Shown here: positions 58,953 through 64,000 of the stretch, piece by piece
How the letters are laid out: each line of letters opens with the position of its first letter
Position numbering within the stretch: the stretch's first letter is position 1
Assembly: GCA_026914245.1 (NCBI GenBank)
Contig: CP110439.1
Coordinates: forward strand, 1 to 64,000
DNA length: 64,000 nt
Source of the DNA: Puccinia triticina
Lineage: Eukaryota
Direction: 5' to 3'
The notes under the pieces: generated by a model
Database searches by the model: none
Told to the model about the DNA's origin: nothing
The model's input: only the letters and a program-made list of their open reading frames with translations
Made by a program: the position numbers and the translations under genes

Positions 58953-61539
58953 ATGTTCCGCAAGATAAGCCTAGTCTGCTTGGCATTGATCGCTTCTCCA
59001 GCAATTGGAGAGCTTCCAGCAACTTATAAGTATGGCACGAACCTCGGTAGGTGACTGACCGACTGTCTCTTCCCTGAGCCTCCCGGAGAGAGCCCGACGA
59101 ATTTAAACTGATTTTTCCCAATATTTCTATATAATTACACCCTGTCAAATCAAATGCACAGGTGGTTGGCTACTGGTAAGCAGTCTTTCTGGGTCACCGA
59201 GTTCGCAGGTTCTATAGGGAGTTATTGATAAATATCCCTTTGTGATGCAGAGCGAACCTTGGATGAAGCCAGTCGAGTGGGCTGCAATTGGGGGTGAATA
59301 TTGTCCTGCAGATAGCGCATCGTGCGCCGCCAGTGAATGGGGTCTTGCTCGCAAGTTGGGACAAAAAGCTGCCAACGAGGCCTTTCTGAAACATTGGCAA
59401 TCTTGGTATGTGAACTCAGATTAAATATACGAAATTGGCTGTGACTGTGGCGCAGAATGGAGCTCCATTTATGGGCATCCTGACTTTCAATCTAACAAAC
59501 AGGTTCAATCAGGATCACGTCAATCAGCTCAAGGCTTTAAAGCTAGATCACGTCAGGATTCCGCTTGGTTTCGTGAGTTGATACCATAATTATTGCACTG
59601 TACCTTAAGTCACTTCAGAGCCTGATATCATGGGATTCTCAAAGTGGATCGTCGAGGAGCTTGTAGAGGCCCCAGCGGAACTCTATGCTCAGGGAGGCTG
59701 GATGGAACTGAAAAGAGGGCTGCGCCAACTCCGCGACGCCGGCTTCCATGTAACACTCGACATGCATGCGATGCCGGGAGTATCGACTTCAAACCAGCAG
59801 TTTGCAGGAAATGTCACCTCAGACGTCCAATTTTACAAAGATCATAACTATCAGCGAGCTCTTACTTGGGGCGCTGTGTTGGCCTCTATGTCGCATCTCG
59901 ATCCTGACTTCTCCAGCGTTGTGGCCATCCAGTGCCTCAACGAGCCTCTGACTGATGTGGGTTTTCATTATGTGTATCTTTTATATGCTCAACTGATTAG
60001 TGATGGTGGTACGTGTAAACACATCCACAGGCCAACCTTACCCCAGGGTTAGAGCAGTACTACTCAGATTTCGTGACCGTCACTCGGGTCGTTGAATATG
60101 CGATCGGCGTTGAGTGCGAAGCCGACCTCCGAGAGTCTATTCATCGATTGTCTCGCAGCAAAAATGGCATGGTAGCCCTGCGTGCAGCGATCCCATTGAT
60201 CGTGACTTATGCAGGCAAAGCAAAAGTAGTCGTAGACCCCAAGATACTTGATTCTCTTAAGCGCTCTTCAGCAAGCCCAAGTCCTGTCGTAACAGCTCCA
60301 GTCCCTGTGGAAACAACAATCATCACTGCGACATCAAGATCAAGCGTTTCTGCCGCGGGCATTCCAACAGAAGGCGACTCTGAGTGTCGATCACCTCGAA
60401 TCAATCCAACCAACAGTCATCAGAAGTGCTCAAGAAGTCGTGTATCACGAGCCTGCTTAGCCACAATGGCTATGCCCAAAAGATGGCAATGGAAAGGAAA
60501 CGGCAACTCGATGGTAAATCACACTCTGGGGCCAGCAGCATACGACGATCACGTAAGTTCCGGTGACAGATACCAGACGTTGACTTGCTGAGGATGCTGA
60601 TATTTATCCTCACACTTGTCCCATGAGAACTTCAGCTATACTTTGCCTATGGTGAGTTGAAAATGCCATCTTTCCATGTGCCGTCACATCTCAACCCTTA
60701 AGCACACATGATCAGCTGGATAGTAAAACCCTTCACATTTCGATCGTCTTGTTCATCATCAGGTGGAGTAGCTGAACCAAACATCAAATCATACATATCG
60801 ACAATGTGTACTATTCCGCATTACCAGGCAGCAAAAAAGCTTGGGGAAGAACCGTACGGCCATGGCGAATTGTGCGTGATAAGTCAAAGCTTCAGAAAAA
60901 AGGAAGAGAAACGCAACGAAACGAGCTAACAAGTCACCAACAATTAATCCAGTTCGATTGCTGTGAATTTCAACGCGACTCATGATGACCTGCGCGCATG
61001 GGGAGATGCACAAAGATTTATGTACAATCAGGTAGGATTCGTGTTCAAAAGTCAACTCGTCAGCTGGAAGACTAACCACTCAATCTGTGAATTCGCGATC
61101 TAGGAGCACTACTGGACGTGAGTCAACTTTCAATACAACGGAAAAAGACGTGATCTGCCCGGCTTAATGAATGCTTTCATATTCATTGCTTGCAGATTTT
61201 GGACCTTTAGATTGGGACAGGTGTTAGAGCCCAATCTCACTCAAAGTTATACAGAAACTTGGTGAGTAGCAACTTTCAGCGATCAAGCGCAGTCCCAGCT
61301 CATTTTTTTAATGTAATTTATTGGAAGGTCTTACTTGGGAGCGGTCGAAGCTGGGGTATGGCCGCGAGATCCTTCACAATACTACAATCCTTCTATATGT
61401 GCACCTTTTATCAACCCTACATCAAATTCGAGCAAAGCTGACCTTCCAGGCCCACAACTCAATCAAACAAAACAACATTAGAGCCTGAAACCAGAGTGAC
61501 TTCCACATCTCACTTTTACCCTCTATGCAGCCGGCCTGA
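58953..61539 (+). CDS. Secreted glycoside hydrolase family 5 (exo-beta-1,3-glucanase-like), many introns; 3' end approximate
   Basis: Signal peptide, GTNLG|GWLL|SEPWM, HVRIPLGF|W, LDMHAMPG, LNEP (acid/base), YDDH, GHGE (nucleophile), FWTF. Confidence 0.88.
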
Positions 61540-62559
61540 TCAGTGTATTTTGCATACCTCACAGCGCGGGTAACAATTCAAGCCCTCGTATCAAACAAGG
61601 AGCTATACAATATTATAAACTAATTTTCAACATATAAAAGCTCACCATTGATGATTCATGTGTATGAGTTTTTCGTGTTAATAATCCTGTTGTGATACCT
61701 GTTACTATTTCGTCTTGTAAATAGGTGTAATAATTATTTGCAGACATCGTCCTCGCAATTGCTCACTTTCAAAACACTCTTGTCCAAAATTTCTGCACCC
61801 CAAAATTGCATCCGGAGCCAACAGGAATGAAACCAATTTGAGTAAGAAGTGTCACAGTGGCATACACATGCCAGGTCAGATAGATCAGACAGTTCTTGGC
61901 ATTCTTGGGTTGGTGTTAAAAAACCCCCGGGGGCAGAAAAGCTGTATGTAAGGGAATCAGGCCAGAGATCTAAAGTCTTTCAGGAGCAGGGAAATGTTTG
62001 ACAACAGTATACTCAAACATAACTAATCTAAAAAGAAGTGTTCATTGAGTTGCACCAGAGTTTGGTTTGCTACCATTAAAAGCATCTAGTGATTCTCCCA
62101 CATCCTCACACTACATCTATTACATGATTGCCATTGTCATTATTGTTTTCTTCCGAGTTTCTATTTTCTCTCTAGACACAGATACCTAGCTGCATTTTGG
62201 GAAATTAAAAATGTGAAATTGAAATTATACAAGTACTGTGGTTGGTAGGGACACAACTGGGCCTTATGATGCCCAAACCGCAGACAGATCTTGGTGGACC
62301 CATCCTAAAAGTTTGAGAACTTCTCCTACAAAGTTTAAATTTTCTACGATTTGCAACTTTGCAGTTTCGTGTTTTGGACCAGTGTATTTTATGTAAATAT
62401 ATCTTTTCTAGAATATGAAGAAACAAAGACTGACGCTCGTCCAAGTCTACACTGTGTCCCGTGACAAAATATCCGGCCACTGAAACAACCCAGTTACAAT
62501 AATGTGTATATGAAAAACTCGTACAAATCAGAATTTGATTTGAAGATCCCTGACTAACA

Positions 62560-63584
62560 CTACCAGTGCAAACGATGAGTGGGACACTGTTAGCATCAAA
62601 AGCAAAATGTCAGTAAGCCTCGGTCTGAACAGGTGAGATAGTGATCAAATTTCCCATTAGTGACGAACCTCATATCCGCCTGGATTCTTGTGAAGATCTG
62701 GTGAACGATCCACGGGTAAAGAAGGTTAGGTCTTCGTAGAGGTCGTTGCGGATAGAAAGGGAATGAAAATTAAAACTAACAATTCTGATGATAGTCCTCA
62801 GCATCCCACCATTGCTCAAACTTCTCGATCACGGTAACTATTTTTTTCCCTTTGGATTTATAATGCTTCTCTTCGATTTCCTTCGTCACTTCCTCGGCCA
62901 CTTGGCGCTGATCATCGTTCAAGTAGAAAATTGCCGATCGGTATTGAGTACCGCGATCGGGACCCTGATGGTTATAGTGTGAGGCATCGTGGGTCCTGTA
63001 AAACTGAAAAGAGCCAATCAAGTCGATTCCCATTCAAGGATGAAATCCGTCCACTTCTGCACTCACAAACTCAACGAGTTCCGAGTAGGATACTATCGAT
63101 GGATCGAATTCAAGTTTGACACTCTCTGCGTGCTGCGTGGTACCTACATATATATTTATACCCATCAGGTGTTGGACCAATGTGCTGAACCCTTCAAGAA
63201 GCTTGAACTGGGAATATATTGAGGTGAAATGAATGCATACTAACCTGTGCAAATCTGTTTGTACGTAGGATTGTGCACTGAACCGCCTGTATAGCCAACT
63301 TTGGCGCCGAAGAGTCCTTTGCCACGACCATAGTGTTGACGGAAGATATGCTCTGTTCCCCAAAAGCAACCAGAAGCAAATATGGCAGTCTACAAAAAGG
63401 GGGTCTATCGGTCAAATTCTCCACTTTTTTCAGATTCAAAAGGACTGCGCACATCTTTTTTTTCAACTGAAGAAGCCATGAATGCCTGTTGGGCGGTTTG
63501 GGGGTGATTGGCTAGGTGTGAGAACGAGAGTAAGCAGCCCAAGGTCGAAGGTCGAGTGAAGAATCTTGTCGAGATGAATGGCAT
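62560..63584 (-). CDS. msrA: Peptide methionine sulfoxide reductase A
   Basis: FASGCFWGTE, VGYTGG..NPTYKQIC, GTTQHAE, QGPDRGTQYRSAIF, DAEDYHQNYL.KNPGGYECPTH across 5 introns. Confidence 0.95.
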
Positions 63585-64000
63585 CAAGTAGGAAGGAACT
63601 CCTCGATAAATATGGTCCAAGTTGGGGAAGAAGAAGATCCTCTCATGCTGACTCCGCAAGCACCAGTAGTACCCCGGTGTCCCCCCTGGGCTCCCTCGGG
63701 CATAAACCGACATCCTACCTACATAGTCCCGCTCTTCCTCACCGTGAAACCACAGTGGCAATGTGACCTCTCATGTTTTGCACTCAAATTAGCTCACGGG
63801 CGTGAGATCAAGTAAGTAATATGACTGATGTGGAGGTCTCCTTGCATGTACATATTTACATGTCTTTCTCCAAACACAACAGGTTGCTACTTGCCGGGGG
63901 GCAGGAGACCGAAGCGCTCGCACTCCTTCGCAGCGCGTACGGGAACTTGGAAGTGCGACCTCCTGCGTCAGGGGTCTCACATTTACGAGTCTTTGCATAC

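Overview
Left end of an intron-rich fungal chromosome, most likely a rust fungus (Pucciniales); the taxon is inferred from gene and transposon style. A (CCCTAA)n telomere is fused directly into the RT coding region of a decayed Copia element. About 41 kb of nested transposons follow, and most of their boundaries can be fixed by target-site duplications (TSDs). Gypsy A (4664-41491, TSD GATGA) contains a solo LTR, a Helitron and Gypsy B (8375-35219, TSD GGGTC). Gypsy B's gag is interrupted by a 21,055-bp EnSpm/CACTA-type DNA transposon (13485-34539, 39-bp perfect TIRs, TSD TTA), which is the main discovery candidate. That element carries an apparently intact transposase plus several intact-looking spliced cargo genes: a Rad5/HLTF-like SNF2 translocase lacking its RING finger, two paralogous accessory proteins, a possible OB-fold protein and orphan genes. 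It also carries five copies of a 38-bp palindrome with mirrored (compensatory) variation. Beyond 41.5 kb are host genes (AA9 LPMO, Kre9/KNH-like secreted protein, Bem1/Scd2-like scaffold, GH5 glucanase, MsrA), mixed with a PIF/Harbinger element, Mutator-type MITEs and non-autonomous elements that make 7-bp TSDs. All coordinates and exon structures were read by eye; no database searches were run.
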